Positions 11,138 through 20,022 of a stretch of DNA of 64,000 nucleotides are shown here, piece after piece. The notes under the pieces were generated by a model that was given only the letters and a program-made list of their open reading frames with translations, ran no database searches and was not told where the DNA came from. Source of the DNA: Nitrospirota bacterium (GTDB lineage Bacteria; Nitrospirota; JACRHJ01). The stretch lies in the NCBI GenBank assembly GCA_963845245.1, contig CAWJRJ010000011.1, positions 96,001 through 160,000 of the forward strand, read 5' to 3'. The position numbers and the translations under genes are program-made. Numbering within the stretch: position 1 is the first letter of the stretch; the number at the start of each line of letters is the position of its first letter.

Positions 11138-13064
11138 CTACGCCTTCTGGCTCGCATAATTGAGCGCGCCGCCGGCCATCATAAGCTCCTTGTCGCGGTC
11201 TGAGTTCAGCTGCGCTACCACCGCGATCTTTATGCCCTTCGTGACATTCGTAAGCGTCGGCTTCATCACGTTCGAAATGTCTAACGACAGCTCGTCGCCC
11301 TGGTCCACCTTGTCATAGTCAGCCGCGTCCTTGAACGTCAGCGGCAGGATGCCGAAGTTTATCAGGTTCGCAAGATGAATGCGCGCAAACGACTTGGTTA
11401 TGACCGCCTTCACGCCCAGGTACATAGGCGCAAGCGCGGCATGCTCACGCGAAGACTCCCTGCCCGTAGTTCTCGCCGCCCAACACGAAGCCGCCGCCGG
11501 ACTCTTTCGCCCTTGCGGGGAAGCCCGGGTCGACCGCCTCGAACACGAACTCGGATATCTTCGGGAGGTTGCTCCTGAGAGGAAGCACCTTCGCGCCCGC
11601 AGGCATTATGTGGTCTGTCGTTATGTTGTCGCCGGTCTTCAAAAGCACCTTGCCCGGTAAGGGTATTGCCCGGCTTCTCCTTGCGGGGCAGCGGGGCGAT
11701 GTTCGGGCCGCGCACTATCTCCACCTTGCTCGCCTCCTCGGGCGAAAGAGGCGGGATGATCATCGCGTCGTCTGTCGCGAACTTCTTGGGCATCTTCACC
11801 GTTATCGGTGCCATGCCGAGTGTGCGCGGGTCTGTCATCTCGCCCGTGAGCGCGGCGGCGGCGCAGGTCTCGGGGGAGGCCAGCAGCACGCTTGCGGACT
11901 TCGTGCCGGAGCGGCCCTCGAAGTTGCGGTTGAACGAACGCACACTGACTGCTGCCGGTCGGGGGTGCGAAGCCCATGCCGATGCACGGCCCGCAGCCGG
12001 ACTCGAGTATCCGGGCGCCCGCCTTTATCATCGGTGCAAGCCCGCTCGACTCGGTTATCATCTCGAGCACCTGACGGCTGCCGGGGGAGATGCCGAGCGA
12101 AACGCCCTGCTTTACTATCTTGCCGTCCAGCATCGCCGCGACGGTCATCATGTCCTTGTATGAGCTGTTGGTGCAGGAGCCTATCGCCACCTGCTGCACC
12201 TTCATGCCCTTAAGCTCGGATACCTTCTTCACCTTGTCCGGCATGTGCGGCATCGCGGCCATCGGCTCAAGCGTTGATAAGGTCGATCTCGATCACTTCG
12301 TCGTATGTGGCGGTCTTGTCGGCGACCAGCCTCTTCCATGAGGCCTCACGCCCCTGCGCCTTCATGAAGCCCTTGGTTATGTTGTCCGACGGGAACAGCG
12401 ATGTTGTTGCGCCGAGTTCCGCGCCCATGTTGGTTATCGTCGCACGCGAGGGCACGTCCAGCGTCTCGACGCCCGGCCCGAAGTACTCGAACACGCAGCC
12501 GACCCCGCCCTTTACAGTCTTGAGCCTCAGCACCTCAAGTATAACATCTTTCGCGGATACGAACGGCTGGAGCGAGCCGGTGAGGTTCACGCCTATCACC
12601 TTCGGCATCTTCAGGAAGAACGGCTGGCCCGCCATCGCAAGCGCGACGTCAAGCCCGCCCGCGCCTATCGCCATCTGGCCGATGCCGCCGCCGGTGGGTG
12701 TGTGCGAGTCGGAACCGATAAGCGTGGTGCCCGGCACGCCGAAGCGCTCCAGGTGCACCTGGTGGCAGATGCCGTTGCCGGGGCGCGAGAAGTACAGCCC
12801 GTGCTTCGCCGCTATGCTCTGGAGGAATGCATGGTCGTCCGCGTTCTCAAACCCGCTCTGGAGCATGTTGTGGTCCACATATGACACGGAGAGGTCAGTC
12901 TTTACGCGGTCAACGCCCATCGCCTCGAACTGGAGGTATGCCATCGTACCGGTCGCGTCCTGGGTGAGGGTCTGGTCCATGCGGATGGAAATCGGGTTGC
13001 CCGCCTTCATCCTGCCCTCTAAAAGGTGCGCCTTGATTATCTTCTGCGTTACGTTCAAGCCCAC
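11138..13064 (-). CDS. Aconitate hydratase (split by about 4 frameshifts, probably sequencing errors)
   Basis: [60 protein letters not shown](SREHA) and SFARIH motifs spread over five reading frames; shifts near 12279, 11950, 11652 and 11457. Confidence 0.92.
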
Positions 13065-13252
13065 GTTATTTACCGTCCTTTATAAAGTATTAAGACCCCG
13101 CATGTGCGGGGCCTGTTGAAGCTTGGGTAATTATACATTGGCGGGGGATGGGAGGGCAAGAAATAAAAATGTACACTTCTTGGTGTCATGCTTTGATAAG
13201 AAATAATTGCTTTTAATAATATTTAATATATTATATGTTTTGGGAGGGCATA

Positions 13253-14731
13253 ATGAGTCTTTTTTTTGTTGATAGATTTTACGATGGAATCTTCGGTTTT
13301 ATTGAATTAACCGCTATAGAAAATGAAATAGTTAATACACCCATCTTCCAGCGGCTACATCATATAAATCAGTTAGGATTAGCACAAATAATTTTCCCAA
13401 ATGCAACACATACTCGTTTCTCACATTCGTTGGGAGTTCTAAAAATAATTGATAAAATGATTTTGCAATTAAATAACAAGGCTCGAGAAAAACGCATAGC
13501 TGATGATTTTATCAACGATAAAGCCCGCCAAATTCTTCGGTTAGCTGCATTGCTTCATGATGTTGGACACCTACCTTTTTCGCATGCAGGAGAAAATGCA
13601 ACAGAAGCTTTCGAAAAATCAGCGGATAGAGAGGTGGTTAAAAAGGGGGCTGCCCCTTCTTTGCCTGATGAAAAAGTTCACAACTTTAAACTTCATGAAG
13701 AATTATCCAGGCATATTGTAATTAACTTTAACGATGTAACTGACGTGTTGAGAAAACATTATTCTCAAGAAGATATAATGGAAATCGGTAACATAATTTA
13801 TGGAAAATCAGCAAATCCTCTTTTTAGTTCTTTGCTCCATTCTGAATTAGATGCTGACAGACTTGATTATCTAATTAGAGATTCCAGCTTCACTGGTGTT
13901 GTCTACGGAAAAGTTGAGATTGATCAAATAATTTCAAAATTAGATTTTCTTCAAAACGCTGATGGAATAATACTAGGTGTAAAAGCTAAAGGCATCCATG
14001 CCGTAGAACACTATTTACTCTCAAGATATTACTGGTATTCTCAGATTTTAAATTACCCGAAAATGCTTTATATCGATAAGATATTACAAAAAGTTTATCA
14101 GTTTATGATAGGGCAAGGCATTTTACCAAATAAAAAGAATTTAATGGATGCCATTGAAAAAAATAATCATCACGCAATTCTTGATTTCAACGACCACTTA
14201 GTTTTGACAGAAATGCGTAGATTGCATGATAAATTTGATAAAGAAAAAGACAAGCTAGCAGGAGAAGCGTTATTTATAAACAATGCTATTAAAATTTTGC
14301 TTTCTGGCAAAATACCTGAACCTATCATAGTTAGGCAACAAATTATCGAACAGGAAAAAGCAACTGATAGGAAAACAATTTGTGAAAAGGAAATTCTACA
14401 ATTAAGAGATAAATTTGCCGAAGAAACTGGCATTTCTAAACATTACATAGATTATATCTTCATTGATTCAAAGATAAGCAAAGCGAAGGCAACGGAAGAT
14501 GGTTCTGCGCAGGCAATTCCAGACGTAACAAACGAAGCAATTAAAGTTATTGACTCTTTTAAAGAACCGCCTTATTATTATCTAGTAGATAATAAAAGTA
14601 CACTAATAAACAAATTAAGCCACTTACAATTACAGAGTTTTTATTTATTTGTAACTTATCCAGAACGAGATGATAGGTTTAATTCCTTATTTCGTAACAT
14701 TGATAGTGCGTTGATGCCTTTATTTGATTAA
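13253..14731 (+). CDS. HD-domain phosphohydrolase, SAMHD1/YwfO-like (putative dNTP triphosphohydrolase)
   Basis: FQRLHHINQLG, HTRFSHSLG, LLHDVGHLPFSH, HE and DADRLDYLIRDS motifs; AT-rich. Confidence 0.9.
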   Translation: MSLFFVDRFYDGIFGFIELTAIENEIVNTPIFQRLHHINQLGLAQIIFPNATHTRFSHSLGVLKIIDKMILQLNNKAREKRIADDFINDKARQILRLAALLHDVGHLPFSHAGENATEAFEKSADREVVKKGAAPSLPDEKVHNFKLHEELSRHIVINFNDVTDVLRKHYSQEDIMEIGNIIYGKSANPLFSSLLHSELDADRLDYLIRDSSFTGVVYGKVEIDQIISKLDFLQNADGIILGVKAKGIHAVEHYLLSRYYWYSQILNYPKMLYIDKILQKVYQFMIGQGILPNKKNLMDAIEKNNHHAILDFNDHLVLTEMRRLHDKFDKEKDKLAGEALFINNAIKILLSGKIPEPIIVRQQIIEQEKATDRKTICEKEILQLRDKFAEETGISKHYIDYIFIDSKISKAKATEDGSAQAIPDVTNEAIKVIDSFKEPPYYYLVDNKSTLINKLSHLQLQSFYLFVTYPERDDRFNSLFRNIDSALMPLFD

Positions 14732-14745
14732 ACAAAGAGGAATAT

Positions 14746-15231
14746 ATGATATCGAATCCTGCTAAATTAAATCTGTTTTTTAATCGGTTAGATTGGTTAA
14801 AAATAGAGGACATGTCCAACAGGATAATCTTACAGAAAACAATTTTTATTCTGCAAGAATTGGGGTTAGATTTAAACTATAATTTTAATTGGTACATTTA
14901 TGGACCATATTCGCCATCTTTAACAGAGGACGCTTTTGAACTAAAGCAGAATGAAAAAACATATAGAGAAGAATCCGACGAATTCAATTTGAGTGATCAT
15001 GCACAAAAAATAATTGAGCGATATAATTCTATTTTTGGTGCAAAAAAAGAAGACTCCGTTTGGCTTGAATTAATTGCCTCTTTGTTATTCCTACGAAAGT
15101 TTTATTCAAAAACTAATTATGATGATCTAAAAGCATTTTTATTGGAAAAAAAACCAAAGTTCGAAAGTAATCCATCTTTAGTTAACGATGCAATAAATTT
15201 TCTTAAAGAAAATTTGCCCGCAACCACTTAA
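14746..15231 (+). CDS. YwgA-like / SocA-Panacea-like small protein
   Basis: RIILQKTIFILQ...YNFNWYIYGPYSPSL...WLELIAS motifs. Confidence 0.7.
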   Translation: MISNPAKLNLFFNRLDWLKIEDMSNRIILQKTIFILQELGLDLNYNFNWYIYGPYSPSLTEDAFELKQNEKTYREESDEFNLSDHAQKIIERYNSIFGAKKEDSVWLELIASLLFLRKFYSKTNYDDLKAFLLEKKPKFESNPSLVNDAINFLKENLPATT

Positions 15232-15259
15232 TCTATATTTGAGCTTTACTTTTATATTA

Positions 15260-15290
15260 GAAAGCCGCCATTTGCTTTAGGCGGCTTTTT
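15260..15290 (+). terminator. Intrinsic terminator
   Basis: AAAGCCGCC...GGCGGCTTTTT. Confidence 0.8.
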
Positions 15291-15415
15291 ATATTTTCTC
15301 TCCCCTTACTCACTCTTTTTTCCCGTCTGTTTTTCTCCTGTATATAAGCTATATTTTATTTGACTTTGCCTATTTTTAGGTATATGAATACCTCTAACCA
15401 AAGTGAGGTGTTAAT

Positions 15416-16339
15416 ATGGCCGGAGCATTTACGCACTTTCTAATTTGTGAAAAAGCAATAAGCGAGAAGCATGCCCTGGGTACAGAGTTATGGCAATTTG
15501 TAAACAACAACTCCCAATATATATCCATCGGGGCTGCAAGCCCTGACCTGCCGTATCTCAGTCCCCCTACCGGTGACGTCAAATGGGCTGACGTGATGCA
15601 CTACGAAAAAACAAACGGTATCGCCACTAAAGGCTACGAGGAATTAAAAAGCCGGTGGCTTTTAAAAACGCAAGCCGAAGATGTTAAGCTTGCCTGGTTA
15701 ATGGGTTTTATTTCTCATCTGATTGCAGACGCTACCATTCACCCTATTGTCAAAGCCATTGTCGGAGATTATGACACGCATAAAATCCCGCACAGAAACT
15801 GTGAGATGACCCAGGATGCGATTTTGTTTAATGAAATAATGGGAAACGAAATCAATTATGCGGAATTTTCTGAACAGTTAAAATTTTGTAAAGCATCTGC
15901 TCATTTTGATGCATTAATGGAGTTCTGGAAAAATCTATTAAAGGGCAACTACACCAAAGATGATGAACCCCATCCCACCTTATGGTTTGACACCTACACC
16001 GAAGCTATCGATTTGGCAGAAGGGGGTTCGGATATTGTCGCTATATTCAGGCATTGTGGAGTAGGTCTTTGTTATAACCGTAGCGATCTAATTCCTGCCG
16101 GTGACCGAAAACTTTATTATGATAACGTAAAACTTCCTACTGGCAAATTTGGGAATTTTATGGATGATGGTTTTTTGAAAACGGTAAAGAATGTAACTGA
16201 TGTTTGGAGCTTACTTTATTCAAATTTAAACTCAAAAACCACACCTACTGTTTTAGCAGTGAACTCTTTAAAAGACTGGAATCTCGACACCGGGGTAGAT
16301 ATGGCATCTGCCGCCAATGAAATTACCTACTGGGCCTAA
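15416..16339 (+). CDS. Zinc-dependent phospholipase C family protein
   Basis: N-terminal MAGAFTH, GAASPDLPY, MHY, GFISHLIADATIHP and H...E...D metal-ligand pattern. Confidence 0.82.
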   Translation: MAGAFTHFLICEKAISEKHALGTELWQFVNNNSQYISIGAASPDLPYLSPPTGDVKWADVMHYEKTNGIATKGYEELKSRWLLKTQAEDVKLAWLMGFISHLIADATIHPIVKAIVGDYDTHKIPHRNCEMTQDAILFNEIMGNEINYAEFSEQLKFCKASAHFDALMEFWKNLLKGNYTKDDEPHPTLWFDTYTEAIDLAEGGSDIVAIFRHCGVGLCYNRSDLIPAGDRKLYYDNVKLPTGKFGNFMDDGFLKTVKNVTDVWSLLYSNLNSKTTPTVLAVNSLKDWNLDTGVDMASAANEITYWA

Positions 16340-16341
16340 TA

Positions 16342-16764
16342 ATGAAAAAAATACTATTGTCTTTTGTTCTGCTTATCTTCATTTCTACGAATGCATGCGC
16401 GACTCTATCGGAACAACAGAGGCGCGAGTATGGGGTACTTTCAGAGGCGGCCCAATCCTCGGCTCAAAAGATTAACGGTTATTTCGGGGATAACATACCA
16501 GACGATTTAAACGGGGAACAGTTGTTGGCGATTGTCAAAGATAAAATACCATCATCTTACTATGATGAGCTGGCTCAATATTCTTTAGAAGTCAGGCCCA
16601 AGAAAACCTATTATCTCTTGCTAGTCTATAAGCCAGGAACTAAAGATATAATTTTATTTGATTACAGTTGCACGCCGAAAGCCGATGGCACTGTATTATT
16701 GACTCCCGAGAAATACGATTTGAATAATTTAGACCTTTATGACCAGTGCAAGGGAGGCTTCTAA
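16342..16764 (+). CDS. Hypothetical lipoprotein
   Basis: MKK + hydrophobic stretch + NA-C lipobox; two further Cys; starts 2 nt after the PLC stop. Confidence 0.7.
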   Translation: MKKILLSFVLLIFISTNACATLSEQQRREYGVLSEAAQSSAQKINGYFGDNIPDDLNGEQLLAIVKDKIPSSYYDELAQYSLEVRPKKTYYLLLVYKPGTKDIILFDYSCTPKADGTVLLTPEKYDLNNLDLYDQCKGGF

Positions 16765-16795
16765 AACCTCCACACAAAATCATTCTGTTTTAAAG

Positions 16796-16825
16796 AAGCC
16801 GCTTTCCTCAAAGGCGGCTTTTTTT
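16796..16825 (+). terminator. Intrinsic terminator
   Basis: AAGCCGCTTT-CCTC-AAAGGCGGCTTTTTTT. Confidence 0.75.
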
Positions 16826-16897
16826 ATTTCCCCTCTTCCTCAACAAAAAAGGCGCACTATAAAATGCGCCTTAAGCGTACCTTTTTAAGGACAAAGT

Positions 16898-17125
16898 TCA
16901 CGCCGCTTTCTTGCCTTCAGCGAGCGCCTTTACGTCCTCTGTGGTCAAGGTTTTCCCGGCAATGCCCCAATCGCCGCTCTTCACTTCTTCCACTATGCAC
17001 GTCGTAACCTCACGCATGTTCTCCCCTTCCACGGAGACCATCGCGTCAGTGAGTTTTTTCACAATCTCTTGCTTCTGCTTGGGCGAAAATACACCCTCGA
17101 TAAGCTTGACCTGAATTAACGGCAT
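16898..17125 (-). CDS. 4-oxalocrotonate tautomerase family protein
   Basis: N-terminal MP (catalytic Pro1), QKQEIVKKLTDAMV, WGIAG. Confidence 0.92.
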   Translation of the reverse strand: MPLIQVKLIEGVFSPKQKQEIVKKLTDAMVSVEGENMREVTTCIVEEVKSGDWGIAGKTLTTEDVKALAEGKKAA

Positions 17126-17171
17126 ACTTTACTCCTTTGCTTACGGATGCGTCACGCCTCCTTTAATTTAA

Positions 17172-17279
17172 TTATAACAAAGAACTCCCTATTATCTTGA
17201 ACGCCACCACCGGCGACACCAGCGTGGACAAAAGCACGAGCAGCCAGAGCCTGCCAACGAAGACGTTATAGCCCGCACT
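17172..17279 (-). pseudogene. Probable C-terminal remnant of a small membrane protein
   Basis: Minus frame reads ...AGYNVFVGRLWLLVLLSTLVSPVVAFKIIGSSLL*; GC-rich and coding-like, but no start codon recognised. Confidence 0.4.
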
Positions 17280-17390
17280 CGAATATCAGGGGCAGAATGT
17301 CCAAAATATATTGTCATTTAATTTAATCTGTGATATTTAATTAAACTCTTTGGCTTAATATTTCATTGACCGCAGGTAAAGGAGAGCACC

Positions 17391-18026
17391 ATGTCTAAAA
17401 AGATCGTTGTAGCACTGGCATTATTTACTTTTTGTCTATTCGCCCCGGCCGTCCATGCAGCCGCGCCGGTTCCCACGGTAAACTATTCCGCCGATATGGA
17501 AACGGTATCCAAGCACGGGGAAACCACCCTAACGCATGTGTACTCAAAGGGTATGAAGCAGAGGATGGAGACCGGGGCAAAAGGCCGTAAGAACACTGTC
17601 ATAATGAGGCTCGACATGAAAAAGATGTGGATGCTCATGCCGGACCAGAAGATATACATGGAGATGCCCATCCAGCAGCAGGACATAACCACCAAGATGA
17701 AAGACCCGAACGCAAAGGTGGAGAAGAAGTTCATAAAGAACGAAAGCGTCGACGGCCATCCCTGCAAGGAATATTTCGTGACTGTAACAAACAACGGGAA
17801 GAAGGACGCCTCCGGTTATGTATGGGAGGCCTCGGACCTGAAAAACATGACCGTGAAGTGGCAGGATGAGGACAAGCAGACCACGATCACCTGGAAGAAG
17901 ATAGACATAAACGGCCAGATAGCCGATTCCCTCTTCGAGGTACCTTCCGGCTACCAGAAGATGGACATGTCCAACATGGGCGCCATGGGCGCCGGACGCG
18001 AGAGGCACAGAAGCCACCGGGAATAA
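17391..18026 (+). CDS. Secreted DUF4412-like protein
   Basis: Signal peptide AVHA; KQRME, WMLMPDQKIYME, ESVDGHPCKEY and SLFEVPSGY motifs. Confidence 0.8.
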   Translation: MSKKIVVALALFTFCLFAPAVHAAAPVPTVNYSADMETVSKHGETTLTHVYSKGMKQRMETGAKGRKNTVIMRLDMKKMWMLMPDQKIYMEMPIQQQDITTKMKDPNAKVEKKFIKNESVDGHPCKEYFVTVTNNGKKDASGYVWEASDLKNMTVKWQDEDKQTTITWKKIDINGQIADSLFEVPSGYQKMDMSNMGAMGAGRERHRSHRE

Positions 18027-18190
18027 CTGCTGTCGAAGCATCGGAACTCATTCAAGGCCGCATTCGTGCGGCCTTTTTATTTTAAACGTAAACCACCTGC
18101 GATACCATCGCCATTCAAATCCTCTTCCATGCAGGCACGAAATATAGTAACATCTCTCCTCATAATCACATTCGGTTGCGAGGCTGGCCA

Positions 18191-18679
18191 ATGGACAAAA
18201 TTCCCGTACAGTATTACCCGTTTTTATTCGCCGGTATCTTCGTCGCTTCCTGGTTCGTCACGGCGCGAATCGTATCCGCAATGGGCTGGCAAAAGCTTGC
18301 AAAGGTGTACGGCTCAGAGAAGGAATGCGAAGGCACGCGCTGGTCCATGCAAAGCGCAAAGGTCGGCAGCGCATCGTACAATGGATGCCTGACTATCGGC
18401 GCAAACTATGACGGCCTGTACCTGTCCATCCTTTTCATTCTCAGGCCGTGGCACCCGCCCATCTTCATACCCTGGAGCGACATATCGGCAAAGGAGGCCA
18501 AGCGGTCCATGCTCCTGGGGGACCTGTGCGTCCTCACCTTCAGCAGGGCACCTGGGCTGGAGGTGGTACTGCGGAAAAAGCTCGCCGAGAAGATAAAAGC
18601 CCAATACCGGAACTACTGGCCTGACAAGGAAGGGCGGATAGTGACCGGGCTGACACTGGGCGGGACGGGCACGGATTAG
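18191..18679 (+). CDS. Hypothetical membrane protein
   Basis: N-terminal TM; GW..LA..Y, GLYLS and HPPIFIPWSDI conserved-looking motifs. Confidence 0.7.
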   Translation: MDKIPVQYYPFLFAGIFVASWFVTARIVSAMGWQKLAKVYGSEKECEGTRWSMQSAKVGSASYNGCLTIGANYDGLYLSILFILRPWHPPIFIPWSDISAKEAKRSMLLGDLCVLTFSRAPGLEVVLRKKLAEKIKAQYRNYWPDKEGRIVTGLTLGGTGTD

Positions 18680-18689
18680 GAGTGGGCAA

Positions 18690-18730
18690 CAAAAAAGCCC
18701 GCCCTGAGGCTTTGCGCCCCGGAGCGGGCT
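18690..18730. terminator. Intrinsic terminator (minus-strand U-tract)
   Basis: AAAAAAGCCCGC...GCGGGCT between convergent genes. Confidence 0.6.
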
Positions 18731-18753
18731 GAATATTATTGTTTAACGGACTC

Positions 18754-19165
18754 TCAGCCGTTTGACGGCAGGCATGACAGATTCGGCTTTGCCGCGATGT
18801 CGCCTCTATCCACCTTTCCGACTATTACCCTGCCTTCGGCATAGGCGCCTCTGGAGACATTGTCCACCTTGACCTCGCCTATCAGCTGCATCTTCTTGAG
18901 GTCGTATGTCTTATTGCCGAACATGTCCGTGGTACGACCTGTAGATCGGGAGGTTGTCGCCCTTGCAGAGGACTTCGCTGCCTATTGGGCTGAATAGCCT
19001 CACACTGCTGCCGTGCACCGACATGACAGCCGCCCTTATGGGTATGTTAAGCGTCAGGTCCGTCTTCGGCCCTTGCATCGAGTTGTAATTCGTCCCATAG
19101 GCATATACCACGCCCGCTAGGGACAGCCCTGACAACAGCAGGGATAATACAATTATTTTTTTCAT
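18754..19165 (-). CDS. Secreted two-Cys protein, paralog 1 (one frameshift near 18915-18935)
   Basis: Signal peptide and CKGDNLPIYR; continues in another frame as QLIGEVKV...GDIAAKPNLSCL, matching the paralogs at 21803 and 22332. Confidence 0.75.
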
Positions 19166-19338
19166 TTCCAAACACCTCCGACTTGCAAGTTACTATTCTT
19201 ATATTATATTATAACACCGGAAAGAACCCGTTTTGCCATATGTGCATGGTCCGGTTTGCCATGTGGTATAATATAGTATCCATTATTACCAAACCAAGTA
19301 ATCTGCACCCTGTCCTATTCATTAAACGGAGGTGGCAT

Positions 19339-20007
19339 ATGGCAGGCACAGAGAACACCGTATGGAATAAACCGGATACTCCGGGCGGCAGCAATCCGCC
19401 GGAGGCATCCAAGCCGATAACGTCCCCACCGAACCTGTTATTCTTCGGCTACCTGGTCTTTTTGATATTCAACATAATAAGAAACACGACGGCGGCCGTA
19501 ACACACTATTCACTGGGGACGATCATCGGGTACATTGCCATGCTGTTCATACCCTTTGCCGTCGTTGCCGCCTATAACCTGGTAACGGGCCATGAAAGGG
19601 CCATCGGCAAGGCGTCCATCGGGATTACTGCGTTTTTCCTCATCTTTTCGATGGTTGTGGAGCTGGAAATTGCGTGGAATACGAAGCAGAAGATGAACGA
19701 ATGCCAGTCCATGGTCAATGCGTTGAATGCGCAGCGTGAAGCAGCCCAAAATTATGTCCCAGCCGCTGCTATGCCGTCGGTAGTGTCACGGGAGAGTAAG
19801 CTGGCGGTCCCCGTTAAGGGCTCCGTCAACCTTAAAATGGACTCGGAACCCATGAAGACGGTTGTGCTGGTAAACCCCGCCATCGCGCGGGTGGCCACCC
19901 TATCGCCCTATGAACTGCGCGTGATGGGCATGAAAAAAGGCGTGACCACACTGAGCATACAGGACAGGGCAGGTTATAAATTCGCTTACGAGGTTAATGT
20001 GCAATAA
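19339..20007 (+). CDS. Membrane protein with a C-terminal pilus-secretin N-terminal-like (T2SS-T3SS_pil_N) domain
   Basis: 3 TM segments, then VVLVNPAIARV...LRVMGMKKGVTTLSI; RBS GGAGG. Confidence 0.65.
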   Translation: MAGTENTVWNKPDTPGGSNPPEASKPITSPPNLLFFGYLVFLIFNIIRNTTAAVTHYSLGTIIGYIAMLFIPFAVVAAYNLVTGHERAIGKASIGITAFFLIFSMVVELEIAWNTKQKMNECQSMVNALNAQREAAQNYVPAAAMPSVVSRESKLAVPVKGSVNLKMDSEPMKTVVLVNPAIARVATLSPYELRVMGMKKGVTTLSIQDRAGYKFAYEVNVQ

Positions 20008-20022
20008 GGGTCCGCCCCGTTT

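Noticed and set aside
11138..13064. Aconitase as a true pseudogene or programmed frameshift
   Set aside because: Similar indels hit essential rpoD and the his genes, and all catalytic motifs are intact, so sequencing error is more parsimonious.
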